A stretch of DNA of 64,000 bases, taken from positions 29,946,001-30,010,000 of the forward strand of contig OZ024760.1 in NCBI GenBank assembly GCA_964016885.1, given 5' to 3'. Origin of the DNA: Eledone cirrhosa. Its lineage: Eukaryota. Under the pieces are notes generated by a model, which was given only the letters and a program-made list of their open reading frames with translations, ran no database searches and was not told the DNA's origin. Numbering within the stretch: the stretch's first letter is position 1; each line of letters starts with the position of its first letter. Position numbers and translations under genes: made by a program. Positions 27,858 to 42,749 of this stretch are shown here, in pieces.

Positions 27858-30800
27858 TGTAATGTAATGTTATGTAATGTAATGTAATGTAATGTAATGT
27901 AATGTAATGTTTAATGGAATGTAATGTAATTTAATGTAATGTGTAATGTAATGTAATGTAATGACAATGTAATGTAATGTGTAATGTAATGTGTAATGTA
28001 CTGTAATGTGTAATGTAATGTAATGTAATGTAATGTGTAATGTAATGTAATGTAATGTAATATAATGTTTAATGTAATGTAATGTAATGTAATGTAATCT
28101 AATGTTTAATGTAATGTAATGTAATGTAATTTTTAATGTAATGTAATGTAATGTAATGTAATGTAATGTAATGTAATGTAGTGTAATGTAATTTAATGAA
28201 ATGTAATGTAATGTCTAATGTAATGTAATGTAATGTAATGTAATGTAATGTAATGTAATGTAATGTAATGTAATGTAATGCGTAATGAAATGTAATGTAA
28301 TGTAATGTGTAATGTAATGTAATGTAATGTAATGTAATGTAGTGTAATGTAATTTAATGAAATGTAATATAATGTAATGTAATGTAATGTAATGTAATGT
28401 AATGTAATGTAATGCGTAATGAAATGTAATGTAATGTAATGTAATGTGTAATGTAATGTATTGTAATGTAATGTAATGTAATGTAATGTAATGTAATGTT
28501 ATGTTTAATGTAATGTAATGTAATAAAATGTAATTTTTAATGTAATGTAATGTAATGTAATGTAATGCATAATGTAATGTAATGTAATGTAATGTAATGT
28601 TTAATGTAATGTAATGTAATGTAATGAAATGTAATGTAACGTGTAATGTAATGTAATGTAATGTAATGTGTAACGTAATGTAATGTAATGTAATGTAATA
28701 TAATGTGTAATGTAATGTAATGTGTAATGTAATGTAATGTAATGTAATGTAATGTAATGTGTAATGTTATGTAATGTAATGTAATGTTTAATGTAATGTA
28801 ATGTAATGTAATGTAATGTTTAATGTAATGTAATGAAATGTTATGTAACGTGTAATGTAATGTAATGTAATGTGTAACGTAATGTAATGTAATGTAATGT
28901 GTAATGTAATGTAATGTGTAATGTAATGTAATGTAATGTAATGTAATGTAATGTGTAATGTTATGTAATGTAATGTAATGTAATGAAATGTAATGTTTAA
29001 TGTAATGTAATGTAATGTAATGTAATGTAATGTAATGTAATGTAATGTAATGTAATGTAAAGTAATGTAATGTAAAGTAATGTAATGTGTAATGTAATGT
29101 AATGTAATGTAATGTAATGTAATGTAATGTAATGTGTAATGAAATGTAATGTAATGTAATGTAATGTAATGTAATGTAATGTGTAATGAAATGTAATGTA
29201 ACGTAATGTGTAATGTAATGTAATGTAATGTAATGTCATGTAATGTGTAATGTAATGTAATGTAATGTAATGTGTAATGTGTAATGTAATGTAATGTAAT
29301 GTAATGTGTAATGTGTAATGTAATGTAATGTAATGTAATGTTTAATGTAATGTAATGTAATGTAATGTAATGTAATGTAATGTGTAATGTAATGTAATGT
29401 AATGTAATGTAATGTAATGTGTGATGCAATGTAATGTAATGTACTGTAATGTAATGTAATGTAATGCAATGTAATGTAATGTAATGTAATGTAATGTAAT
29501 GTAATGTAATGTGTAATGTAATGTAATATAATGTAATGTAATGTAATGTAATGTGTAATGTAATGTAATGTAATGTAATGTAATGTAATGTAATGTAATA
29601 TGTAATGTAATGTAATGTAATTTAATGTAATGTCTAACGTAATGCAATGTGTAATGTAATGTAAAGTAATGTAATGTAATGTGTAATGTAATGTAATGTA
29701 ATGTATTGTGTCATGTAGTGTAATGTAATGTAATGTGTAATGTAATGTAATGTGTAATGTAATGTGATGTAATGTAATGTGTAACGTAATGTAATGTGTA
29801 ATGTAATGTAATGTAATGTAATATAATGTAATGCAATGTAATGTAATGTAACGTAATGTAATGTAATGTGTAATGTGTAATGTAATGTAATGTAATGTAA
29901 TGTGTAATGTAATGTAATGTAACGTGTAATGTAATGTAATGTAATGTAATATAATGTAATGTAATATAATGTAATGTAATGTAATGTGTAATGTAATGTA
30001 ATGTAATGTAATGTGTAATATAATGTAATGTAATGTAATGTAATGTATAATGTAATGTAATGTAATGTAATGTAATGTGTAATGTAATGTAATGTAATGT
30101 AAAGTAATGTGTAATGTAATGTAATGTAATGTATTGTAATGTGTAATGTAATGTAATGTAATGTAATGTGTAATGTAATGTAATGTAATGTAACGTTTAA
30201 TGTAATGTAATGTAGTCTAATGTATAAGGTAATGTAATGTAATGTGTAATGTAATGTAATGTAATGTAATGTGATGTGTAATGTAATGTAATGTAATGTA
30301 ATGTAATGTGTAATCTAATGTAATGTAATGTAATGTAATGTAATGTAATGTGTAATGTGTAATGTAATGTAATGTAATGTAATGTAATGTAATGTAAGGT
30401 AATTAAATGTAATGTAATGTGTAATGTAATGTAATGTAATGTAATGAAATGTAATGTAATGTGTAATGTAATGTAATGTAATGTAATGTAATTTAATGTA
30501 ATGTAATGTAATGTGTAATGTAAAGTAATGTAATGTAATGTAATGTAATGTAATGTAATGTAATGTAATGTGTAATGTAATGTAATGTAATGTAATGTGT
30601 AATGTAATGTAATGTAATGTAATGTAATGTAATGTAATGTGTAATGTAATGTAATGTAACGTAATGTAATGTGTAATGTGATGTAATGTAATGTAATGTA
30701 ATGTATAATGTAATGTAATGTAATGTAATGTAATGTAATGTAATGTAATGTAATGTGTAATGTAATGTAATGTAATGTAATGTAATGTAATGTGTAATGT

Positions 30801-32230
30801 AATGTAATGTAATGTGACGTGTAATGTAATGTAATGTAATGTATAATGTAATGTAATGTAATGTAATGTGTAATGTAATGTAATGTAATGTTAAGTGTAA
30901 TGTAATGTGACGTAATATAATGTGTAATGTAATGTAATGTAATGTAATGTAATGTGTAATGTAATGTAATGTAACGTAATGTAATTTAATGTAATGTAAT
31001 GTAATGTAATGTCTAATGTAATGTAATGTAATGTAATGTATAATGTAATGTAATGTAATGTAATGTATAATGTAATGTAATGTAAAGTAATGTGTAATGT
31101 AATGTAATGTAATGTATTGTAATGTGTAATGTAATGTAATGTAATGTAATGTGTAATGTAATGTAATGTAATGTAATGTAATGTGTAATGTAATGTAATG
31201 TAATGTAATGTAATGAAATGTAATGTTTAATGTAATGTAACGTAATGAAATGTAATGTAATGTAATGTGTAATGTAATGTAATGTAATGTAATGTAATGT
31301 AATGTATAATGTAATGTAATATAATGTAATGTGTAATGTAATGTAATGTAATGTAATGTAACGTTTAACGTTATGTAATGTAATGTAATGTAATGTGTAA
31401 TGTAATGTAATGTAATATAATGTAATGTAATGTAATGTAATGTAATGTAATGTAATGTAATGTAATGTAATGTGTAATGTAATGTAATGTAATGTAATGT
31501 AATGTAATGTAATGTGTAATGTAATGTAATGTAATGTAATGAAATGTAATGTTTAATGTAATGTAACGTAATAAAATGTAATGTAATGTAATGTAATGTA
31601 ATGTAAAGTGTAATGTAATGTAATGTAATGTAATGTTATGTAATGTAATATAATCTGTAATGTAATGCAATGTAATGTAATGTAACGTTTAACGTTACGT
31701 AATGTAATGTAATGTAATGTGTAATGTAATGTAATGTAATGTAATGTGTAATGTAATGTAATGTAATGTATAATGTAATGTAATGTAATGTGTAATGTAA
31801 TGTAATGTAATGTAACGTTTAATGTAATGTAATGTAATGTAATGTAATGTGTAATGTAATGTATAATGTAATGTAATGTAATGTAATGTAATGTGTAATG
31901 TAATGTAATGTGTAATGTAATGTAATGTAATGTGTAATATAATGTAATGTGTAATGTAATGTAATGTAATGTACAATGTAATGTAATGTAATGTAATGTA
32001 ATGTGTAATGTAATGTAATGTAATGTAATGTGTAATGTAATGTAACGTAATGTAATGTGTAATATAATGTAATATAATGTGTAATGTAATGTAATGTAGT
32101 GTAATGTAACGTATTGTAATGTAATGTAATGTAATGTAATGTGTAATGTAATGTAATGTGTAATGTGTAATGTAATGTGTAATGTAATGTGTAATGTAAT
32201 GTAATGTAATGTATTGTAATATAATGTAAT

Positions 32231-32417
32231 TGTTTCTAATTTAGGCACAAGGTCAGCAATTACCCTGTGCATTACTGGTACTTTCTTTTATCGACCCGGT
32301 AAGGATGAAAAGCAAAGTCAACCTCGGTGGGATTTGAACTCAGATCGTAAAGGGACGTAACTATGCTAGAAAGCATGGCGTCCGACCCTCTACCGATACT
32401 GCCAATCCACCGCCGTT
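32231..32417 (-). mobile_element. SINE-like element, copy 4 (subtype I)
   Basis: 187 bp, same as copy 2 except CCCGGT for CCCCGT. Lies 6250 bp after copy 2 with matching flanks. Confidence 0.85.
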
Positions 32418-33834
32418 TGTAATGTAATGTAATGTAATGTAATGTAATGTTTAATGTAATGTAATGTATTTTAATGTAATGTAATGTGTAATGTAATGTA
32501 ATGTAATGACAATGTAATGTAATGTGTAATGTAATGTGTAATGTACTGTAATGTGTAATGTAATGTAATGTAATGTAATGTAATGTAATGTAATGTAATG
32601 TGTAATGTAATGTAATATAATGTAATATAATGTTTAATGTAATGTAATGTAATGTAATGTAATCTAATGTTTAATGTAATGTAATGTAATGTAATGTAAT
32701 GTAATGCAATGTAATGTAATGCAATTTGTAATGTAATGTAATGTAATGTAATGTAATGTAGTGTAATGTAATTTAATGAAATGTAATGTAATGTAATGTA
32801 ATGTAATGTAATGTAATGTAATGTAATGTAATGTAATGTAATGTAATGCGTAATGAAATGTAATGTAATGTAATGTAATGTAATGTGTAATGTAATGTAA
32901 TGTAATGTAATGTAATGTAATGTAATGTGTAATGTAATGTAATGTAATGTAATGTAATGTGTAATGTAATGTAATGTAATGTAATGTTTAATGTAATGTA
33001 ATGTAATGTAATGTAATGTAATGTAATGTAATGTAATGTAATTTTTAATGTAATGTAATGTAATGTAATGTAATGCATAATGTAATGTAATGTAATGTAA
33101 TGTAATGTAATGTAATGTTTAATGTAATGTAATGTAATGTAATGAAATGTAATGTAACGTGTAATGTAATGTAATGTAATGTGTAACGTAATGTAATGTA
33201 ATGTAATGTGTAATGTAATGTAATGTAATGAAATGTAATGTTTAATGTAATGTAATGTAATGAAATGTAATGTAATGTGTAATGTAATGTAATGTAATGT
33301 AATGTAATGTAATGTAATGTGTAATGTAATGTAATGTAATGTAATGTAATGTAATGTAACGTTTAACTTTATGTAATGTAATGTAATGTAATGTGTAATG
33401 TAATGTAATGTAATATAATGTAATGTAATGTAATGTAATGTAATGTAATGTAATGTAATGTGTAATGTAATGTAATGTAATGTAACGTGTAATGTAATGT
33501 AATGTAATGTAACGTTTAACGTAATGTAATGTAATGTAATGTGTAATGTAATGTAATGTAATGTGTAATGTAATGTAATGTGTAATGTAATGTAATGTAA
33601 TGTAATGTATAATGTAATGTAATGTAATGTGTAATGTAATGTAATGTAATGTTATGTGTAATGTAATGTAATGTAACGTAATGTAATGTGTAATGTAATG
33701 TAATGTAATGTGTAATGTAATGTAATGTAATGTAATGTAACGTATTGTAATGTAATGTAATGTGTAATGTAATGTAATGTAATGTAATGTGTAATGTAAT
33801 GTGTAATGTAATGTGTAATGTAATGTAATGTAAT

Positions 33835-34021
33835 TGTTTCTAATTTAGGCACAAGGTCAGCAATTACCCTGTGCATTACTGGTCCTTTATTTTATCGACC
33901 CCATAAGGATGAAAAGCAAAGTCAACCTCGGTGGGATTTGAACTCAGATCGTAAAGGGACGTAACTATGCTAGAAAGCATGGCGTCCGACCCTCTACCGA
34001 TACTGCCAATCCACCGCCGTT
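33835..34021 (-). mobile_element. SINE-like element, copy 5 (subtype II)
   Basis: 187 bp, identical to copy 3 by eye. Lies 6164 bp after copy 3 with matching flanks. Confidence 0.85.
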
Positions 34022-35909
34022 TGTAATGTAATGTTATGTAATGTAATGTAATGTAATGTAATGTAATGTTTAATGGAATGTAATGTAATTTAATGTAATG
34101 TGTAATGTAATGTAATGTAATGACAATGTAATGTAATGTGTAATGTAATGTGTAATGTACTGTAATGTGTAATGTAATGTAATGTAATGTAATGTGTAAT
34201 GTAATGTAATGTAATGTAATATAATGTTTAATGTAATGTAATGTAATGTAATGTAATCTAATGTTTAATGTAATGTAATGTAATGTAATTTTTAATGTAA
34301 TGTAATGTAATGTAATGTAATGTAATGTAATGTAATGTAATGTAGTGTAATGTAATTTAATGAAATGTAATGTAATGTGTAATGTAATGTAATGTAATGT
34401 AATGTAATGTAATGTAATGTAATGTAATGTAATGTAATGTAATGCGTAATGAAATGTAATGTAATGTAATGTGTAATGTAATGTAATGTAATGTAATGTA
34501 ATGTAGTGTAATGTAATTTAATGAAATGTAATGTAATGTAATGTAATGTAATGTAATGTAATGTAATGTAATGTAATGTAATGCGTAATGAAATGTAATG
34601 TAATGTAATGTAATGTGTAATGTAATGTAATGTAATGTAATGTAATGTAATGTAATGTAATGTAATGTTATGTTTAATGTAATGTAATGTAATAAAATGT
34701 AATTTTTAATGTAATGTAATGTAATGTAATGTAATGCATAATGTAATGTAATGTAATGTAATGTAATGTTTAATGTAATGTAATGTAATGTAATGAAATG
34801 TAATGTAACGTGTAATGTAATGTAATGTAATGTAATGTGTAACGTAATGTAATGTAATGTAATGTAATGTAATGTGTAATGTAATGTAATGTGTAATGTA
34901 ATGTAATGTAATGTAATGTAATGTAATGTAATGTGTAATGTTATGTAATGTAATGTAATGTTTAATGCAATGTAATGTAATGTAATGTAATGTTTAATGT
35001 AATGTAATGAAATGTAATGTAACGTGTAATGTAATGTAATGTAATGTGTAACGTAATGTAATGTAATGTAATGTGTAATGTAATGTAATGTGTAATGTAA
35101 TGTAATGTAATGTAATGTAATGTAATGTGTAATGTTATGTAATGTAATGTAATGTAATGAAATGTAATGTTTAATGTAATGTAATGTAATGTAATGTAAT
35201 GTAATGTAATGTAATGTAATGTAATGTAATGTAAAGTAATGTAATGTAAAGTAATGTAATGTGTAATGTAATGTAATGTAATGTAATGTAATGTAATGTG
35301 TAATGAAATGTAATGTAATGTAATGTAATGTAATGTAATGTAATGTGTAATGAAATGTAATGTAACGTAATGTGTAATGTAATGTAATGTAATGTAATGT
35401 CATGTAATGTGTAATGTAATGTAATGTAATGTAATGTGTAATGTGTAATGTAATGTAATGTAATGTAATGTTTAATGTAATGTAATGTAATGTAATGTTA
35501 TGTTTAATGTAATGTAAAGTAATGTAATATAATGTAATTTTTAATGTAATGTAATGTAATGTAAAGTAATGTAATGTAATGTAATGTAATGTAATGTAAT
35601 GTAGTGTGTAATGTAATGTAATGTAACGTGTAATGTAATGTAATGTAATGTGTAATGTAAAGTAATGTAATGTAATGTAATGTAACGTGTACTGTAATGT
35701 AATGTAATGTAATGTAATGTAAAGTAACGTAAAGTGTAATGTAATGTAACGTAATGTAATGTAATGTAATGTAATGTAATGTAATGTAATGTAATGTAAT
35801 GTAATGTCATGTCATGTCATGTCATGTCATGTAATGTGTAATGAAATGTAATGTAATGTAATGTGCAACGTAATGTAATGTAATGTAATGTATCGTAATA
35901 TAATGTAAT

Positions 35910-36095
35910 TGTTTCTAATTTAGGCACTCGTCAGCAATTACCCTGTGCATTACTGGTACTTTATTTTATCGACCCCGTAAGGATGAAAAGCAAAGTCAAC
36001 CTCGGTGGGATTTGAACTCAGATTGTAAAGGGACGTAACTATGCTGGAAAGCATAGCGTCCGACCCTCTACCGATACTGCCAATCCACCGCCGTT
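35910..36095 (-). mobile_element. SINE-like element, copy 6 (subtype III)
   Basis: 186 bp. Has GGCACTCGTCAG (vs GGCACAAGGTCAG) and GCTGGAAAGCATAG (vs GCTAGAAAGCATGG), plus a private variant CAGATTGTAA. Confidence 0.85.
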
Positions 36096-39000
36096 TGTAA
36101 TGTAATGTAATGTAATGTAATGTAATGTAATGTAATGTGTAATGTAATGTAATTTAACGTAATGTGTAATGTAATGTAATGTAATGTAATGTAATGTGTA
36201 ATGTAATGTAATGTTTAATGTAATGTAATGTAATATAATGTAATGTGTAATATAATGTAATGTAATGTAATGTAATGTAATATAATATAATGTGTAATGT
36301 AATGTAATGTAATGTAATGTAATGTAATGTAATGTAATGTAATGCAATGTGTAATGTAATGTAATGTAATGTAATGTGTAATGTAATGTAATGTAATATG
36401 TAATGTGTAATGTAATGTAATGTAATGTAATGTAATGTAACGTAATGTGTAATTTAATGTAATGTAATGTGTAATGTAATGTAATGTAATGAAATGTGTA
36501 ATGTAATGTAATGTAATGTTTAATGTAATGTAATGTAATGTAATGTAATGTAATGTAATGTGTAATGTAATGTAATGTAATGTAATGTGTAAAGTAATGT
36601 AATGTAATGTAATGTAATGTAATGTAATGTAATGTGTAATGTGTAATGTAATTTAATGTAATGTAATGTAATGTAATGTAATGTAATGTGTAATGTAATG
36701 TAATATAATATAATGTAATGTAATGTAATGTGTAATGTAATGTAATGTAATGTAATGTAATGTGTAATGTAATGTAATGTAATGTAATGTAATGTGTAAT
36801 GCAATGTAATGTAATGTAATGTAATGTAATGTAATGTAATGTAATGTAACGTAGTGCAATGTAGTGTAATGTGAAATGTAATGTAATGTAATGTGTAATG
36901 TAATTTAATGTAATGTAATGTAATGTAATGTAATTTAATGTAATGTAATGTAAGGTAATGTAATATGTAACGTAATGTAATGTAATGTAATTTAATGTAA
37001 TGTCTAATGTAATGTAATGTAATGTAATGTAATGTGTAATGTAATGTAATGTAATGTGTAATGTAATGTAATGTAATGTAATGTGTCATGTAGTGTAATG
37101 TAATGTAACGTAATATGTAATGTAACGTAATGTGTAATGTAATGTAACGCAATGTAATGTAATGTAATGTGTAATGTAGTGTAATGTAATGTAATGTAAT
37201 GTAATGTAATGCAATGCAATGCAATGTAATGTAATGTAATGTAAAGTATTGTAATGTGTAATGTGTAATGTAATGTAATGTGTAATGTAATGTAATGTAA
37301 TGTAATGTAATGTGTAACGTAATGTCATGTAATGTAAAGTAATGTGTAATGTAATGTAATGTAATGTGTAATGTAATGTAATGTAATGTAATATGTAATG
37401 TAATGTAATGTAATGTAAAGTAATGTGTAATGTAATGTAATTATAATGTAATGTAATGTAATGTAAAGTAATGTGTAATGTAATGTAATGTAATGTAATG
37501 TAATATGTAATGTAATGTAATGTAATGTAAAGTAATGTGTAATGTAATGTAATTATAATGTAATGTAATGTAATGTAAAGTAATGTGTAATGTAATGTAA
37601 TGTAATGTAATGTGTAATGTAATGTAATTTAATGTAGTGTAATGTATAATGTAATGTAATGTAATGTGTAATGTAATGTAATGTAATGTAATATAATGTA
37701 ATGTAATGTAATGTAATGTGTAATGTAATGTAATGTAATGTAACGTGTAATGTAATTTAATGTAATGTAATGTGTAATGTAATGTAATGTAATGTGTAAT
37801 GTAATGTAATGTTATGTAATGTAATGTATAATGTAATGTAATGTAATGTGTAATGTAATGTAATGTAATGTAATGTAATGTGTAATGCAATGTAATGTAA
37901 TGTGTAATGTAATGTAATGTAATGTAATGTAATGTAATGTAATGTAATGTAATATAATGTAATGTAATGTGTAATGTAATGTAATGTAATGTAATGTAAT
38001 GTGTAATGTAATGTATTGTAATGCAATGTAATGTATAAGGTAATGTAATGTAATGTAATGTGTAATGTAATGTAATGTAATGTAAAGTAATGTAATGTAA
38101 TATAATGTAATGTGTAATGTAATGTAATGTAATGTAATGTGTAATGTAATGTAATGTAATGTAATGTAATGTGTCATGTAGTGTAATGTAATGTAACGTA
38201 ATATGTAATGTAATGTAATGTGTAATGTAATGTAACGCAATGTAATGTAATGTAATGTGTAATGTAGTGTAATGTAATGTAATGTAATGTAATGTAATGT
38301 AATGCAATGCAATGCAATGTAATGTAATGTAATGTAAAGTATTGTAATGTGTAATGTGTAATGTAATGTAATGTAATGTAATGTGTAATGTAATGTAATG
38401 TAGTGTAACGTGTAATGTAATGTAACGTGTAGTGTAATGTAATGTAATGTAATGTAATGTGTAATGTAATGTCATGTAATGTAATGTAATGTGTAATGTA
38501 ATGTAATGTGTAATGTAATGTCATGTAATGTAATGTAATGTGTAATGTAATGTAATGTAATGTGTAATGTAATGTAATGTAATGTAATGTAATGTAATGT
38601 AATGTAATGTAATGTATAATGTAATGTAATGTAATGTAAAGTAATGTGTAATGGAAAGTATTGTAATGTGTAATGTGTAATGTAATGTAATGTAATGTAA
38701 TGTAATGTAATGTAATGTAATGTAATATGTAATGTAATGTAATGTAATGTAAAGTAATGTGTAATGTAATGTAATTATAATGTAATGTAATGTAATGTAA
38801 AGTAATGTGTAATGTAATGTAATGTGTAATGTAATGTAATTTAATGTAGTGTAATGTATAATGTAATGTAATGTAATGTGTAATGTAATGTAATGTAATG
38901 TAATATAATGTAATGTAATGTAATGTAATGTAATGTGTAATGTAATGTAATGTAATGTGTAATGTAATTTAATGTAATCTAATGTGTAATGTAATGTAAT

Positions 39001-41917
39001 GTAATGTGTAATGTAATGTAATGTTATGTAATGTAATGTATAATGTAATGTAATGTGTAATGTAATGTAATTTAATGTAATGTATTGTGTAATGTAATGT
39101 AATGTAATGTAATGTAATATAATGTAATGTAATGTAATGTAATGTAATGTGTAATGTAATGTAACGCAATGTAATGTAATGTAATGTGTAATGTAGTGTA
39201 ATGTAATGTAATGTAATGTAATGTAATGCAATGCAATGCAATGTAATGTAATGTAATGTAAAGTATTGTAATGTGTAATGTGTAATGTAATGTAATGTAA
39301 TGTAATGTGTAATGTAATGTAATATAATGTAGTGTAACGTGTAATGTAATGTAACGTGTAGTGTAATGTAATGTCATGTAATGTAAATTAATGTGTAATG
39401 TAATGTAATGTAATGTGTAATGTAATGTAATGTAATGTAATGTAATGTAATGTAATGTAATGTATAATGTAATGTAATGTAATGTAAAGTAATGTGTAAT
39501 GGAAAGTATTGTAATGTGTAATGTGTAATGTAATGTAATGTAATGTAATGTAATGTAATGTAATATGTAATGTAATGTAATGTAATGTAAAGTAATGTGT
39601 AATGTAATGTAATTATAATGTAATGTTATGTAATGTAAAGTAATGTGTAATGTAATGTAATGTGTAATGTAATGTAATTTAATGTAGTGTAATGTATAAT
39701 GTAATGTAATGTAATGTGTAATGTAATGTAATGTAATGTAATATAATGTAATGTAATGTAATGTAATGTGTAATGTAATGTAATGTAATGTGTAATGTAA
39801 TTTAATGTAATGTAATGTGTAATGTAATGTAATGTAATGTGTAATGTAATGTAATGTTATGTAATGTAATGTATAATGTAATGTAATGTAATGTGTAATG
39901 TAATGTAATGTAATGTAATGTAATGTAATGTGTAATGTAATGTAATGTAATGTAATGTAATGTGTCATGTAGTGTAATGTAATGTAACGTAATATGTAAT
40001 GTAATGTAATGTGTAATGTAATGTAACGCAATGTAATGTAATGTAATGTGTAATGTAGTGTAATGTAATGTAATGTAATGTAATGCAATGCAATGCAATG
40101 TAATGTAATGTAATGTAAAGTATTGTAATGTGTAATGTGTAATGTAATGTAATGTAATGTAATGTGTAATGTAATGTAATGTAATATAGTGTAACGTGTA
40201 ATGTAATGTAACGTGTAGTGTAATGTAATGTAATGTAATGTGTAATGTAATGTCATGTAATGTAAAGTAATGTGTAATGTAATGTAATGTAATGTGTAAT
40301 GTAATGTAATGTAATGTAATGTATAATGTAATGTAATGTAATGTAATGTAAAGTAATGTGTAATGGAAAGTATTGTAATGTGTAATGTAATGTAATGTAA
40401 TGTAATGTAATGTAATGTAATGTAATGTAATGTAATGTAATGTAATGTAATATGTAATGTAATGTAATGTAATGTAAAGTAATGTGTAATGTAATGTAAT
40501 TATAATGTAATGTAATGTAATGTAAAGTAATGTGTAATGTAATGTAATGTAATGTAATGTGTAATGTAATGTAATTTAATGTAGTGTAATGTATAATGTA
40601 ATGTAATGTAATGTGTAATGTAATGTAATGTAATATAATGTAATGTAATGTAATGTAATGTAATGTAATGTTTAATGTAATGTAATGTAATGTGTAATGT
40701 AATTTAATGTAATGTAATGTGTAATGTAATGTAATGTAATGTGTAATGTAATGTAATGTTATGTAATGTAATGTATAATGTAATGTAATGTAATGTGTAA
40801 TGTAATGTAATGTAATGTAATGTAATGTAATGTGTAATGTAATGTAATGTAATGTGTAATGTAATGTAATGTAATGTAATGTAATGTAATGTAATGTAAT
40901 GTAATGTAATGTAATGTAATGTGTAATGTAATGTAATGTAATGTAATGTAAGGTGTAATGTAATGTATTGTAATGTAATGTAATGTATAAGGTAATGTAA
41001 TGTAATGTAATGTGTAATGTAATGTAATGTAATGTAAAGTAATGTAATGTAATGTGTAATGGAATGTAATGTAATGTAACGTAATGTAATGTGTAATGTA
41101 ATGTAATGTAATGTGTACTGTAATGTAATGTAATGTAAAGTAATGTAATGTAAAGTAATGTAATGTAATGTAATGTAATGCAATGTAATATAATGTAATG
41201 TGTAATGAAATGTAATGTAATGTAATGTAATGTGTAATGTAATGTAATGTAATGTAATGTAATGTGTAATGTAATGTAATGTAATGTAATGTAATGTAAT
41301 GTAATGTGTAATGTAATGTAATGTAATGTAATGTCATGTAATGTAATGTGTAATGTAATGTAATGTAGTGTAATGTATAATGTAATGTAATGTAATGTGT
41401 AATGTAATGTAATGTAATGTAATGTGTAATGTAAAGTAATGTGTAATGATGTGTAATGTAATGTAATGTAATGTAATGTAATGTAATGTGTAATGTAATG
41501 TAATGTAATGTAACGTAATGTAACGTAATGTGATGTAATGTGTAATGTAATGTAATGTAAAGTAATGTGTAATGTAATGTAATTTAATGTAATGTAACGT
41601 GTAATGAAATGTAATGTAATGTAATGTAATGTGTAATGTAATGTAATGTAATATAATGTGTAATGTAATGTGTAATGTAATGTAATGTAATGTAATGTGT
41701 AATGTAATGTAATGTTATGTAATGTAATGTATAATGTAATGTAATGTAATGTAATGTGTAATGTAATGTAATGTAATGCAATGTAATATGTAATGTAACG
41801 TAATGTAATGTGTAATGTAATGTAATGTAATGTGTAATGTAATGTAATGTAATGTGTAATGTCATGTAATGTAATATAATGTGCAATGTAATGTAATGTA
41901 TTGTAATGTAATGTAAT

Positions 41918-42103
41918 TGTTTCTAATTTAGGCACTCGTCAGCAATTACCCTGTGCATTACTGGTACTTTATTTTATCGACCCCGAAAGGATGAAAAGCA
42001 AAGTCAACCTCGGTGGGATTTGAACTCAGATCGTAAAGGGACGTAACTATGCTGGAAAGCATAGCGTCCGACCCTCTACCGATACTGCCAATCCACCGCC
42101 GTT
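41918..42103 (-). mobile_element. SINE-like element, copy 7 (subtype III)
   Basis: 186 bp with the subtype III diagnostic sites and a private variant CCCCGAAAGG. Confidence 0.85.
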
Positions 42104-42749
42104 TGTAATGTAATGTAATGTAATGTAATGTAATGTAATGTGTAATGTAATGTAATTTAACGTAATGTGTAATGTAATGTAATGTAATGTAATGTGTAAT
42201 GTAATGTAATGTTTAATGTAATGTAATGTAATGTAATGTAATGTGTAATATAATGTAATGTAATGTAATGTAATGTAATATAATATAATGTGTAATGTAA
42301 TGTAATGTAATGTAATGTAATGTAATGTAATGCAATGTGTAATGTAATGTAATGTAATGTAATGTAATGTAATGTAATGTAATGTGTAATGTAATGTAAT
42401 GTAATATGTAATGTGTAATGTAATGTAATGTAATGTAATGTAATGTAATGTAACGTAATGTGTAATTTAATGTAATGTAATGTAATGTGTAATGTAATGT
42501 AATGTAATGAAATGTGTAATGTAATGTAATGTAATGTTTAATGTAATGTAATGTAATGTAATGTAATGTAATGTGTAATGTAATGTAATGTAATGTAATG
42601 TGTAATGTAATGTAATGTAATGTGTAAAGTAATGTAATGTAATGTAATGTAATGTAATGTAATGTAATGTGTAATGTGTAATGTAATTTAATGTAATGTA
42701 ATGTAATGTAATGTAATGTGTAATGTAATGTAATATAATGTAATGTAAT

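Larger units (their letters stand above)
17900..35450. repeat. Higher-order repeat domain B: SINE-carrying units of about 5.1, 6.25 and 6.2 kb
   Basis: Marker TAGTCTAATGTATAAGG at ~18851, 23958, 30213. SINE pair 2/3 is repeated as pair 4/5, and the ORF track repeats at +6250 (25303..26022 vs 31553..32272). Boundaries are approximate. Confidence 0.85.

Noticed and set aside
35900-35945. Hammerhead ribozyme-like words on - in subtype III (CTGACGA...GAAAC, flanked by the GTAATTG/CAATTAC inverted repeat)
   Set aside because: I could not build a stem II closing properly before GAAA, a stem I or an NUH cleavage site, and CTGACGA is absent in subtypes I/II (CTGACCT) and altered in copy 8. An Infernal search with Rfam hammerhead models would settle it.
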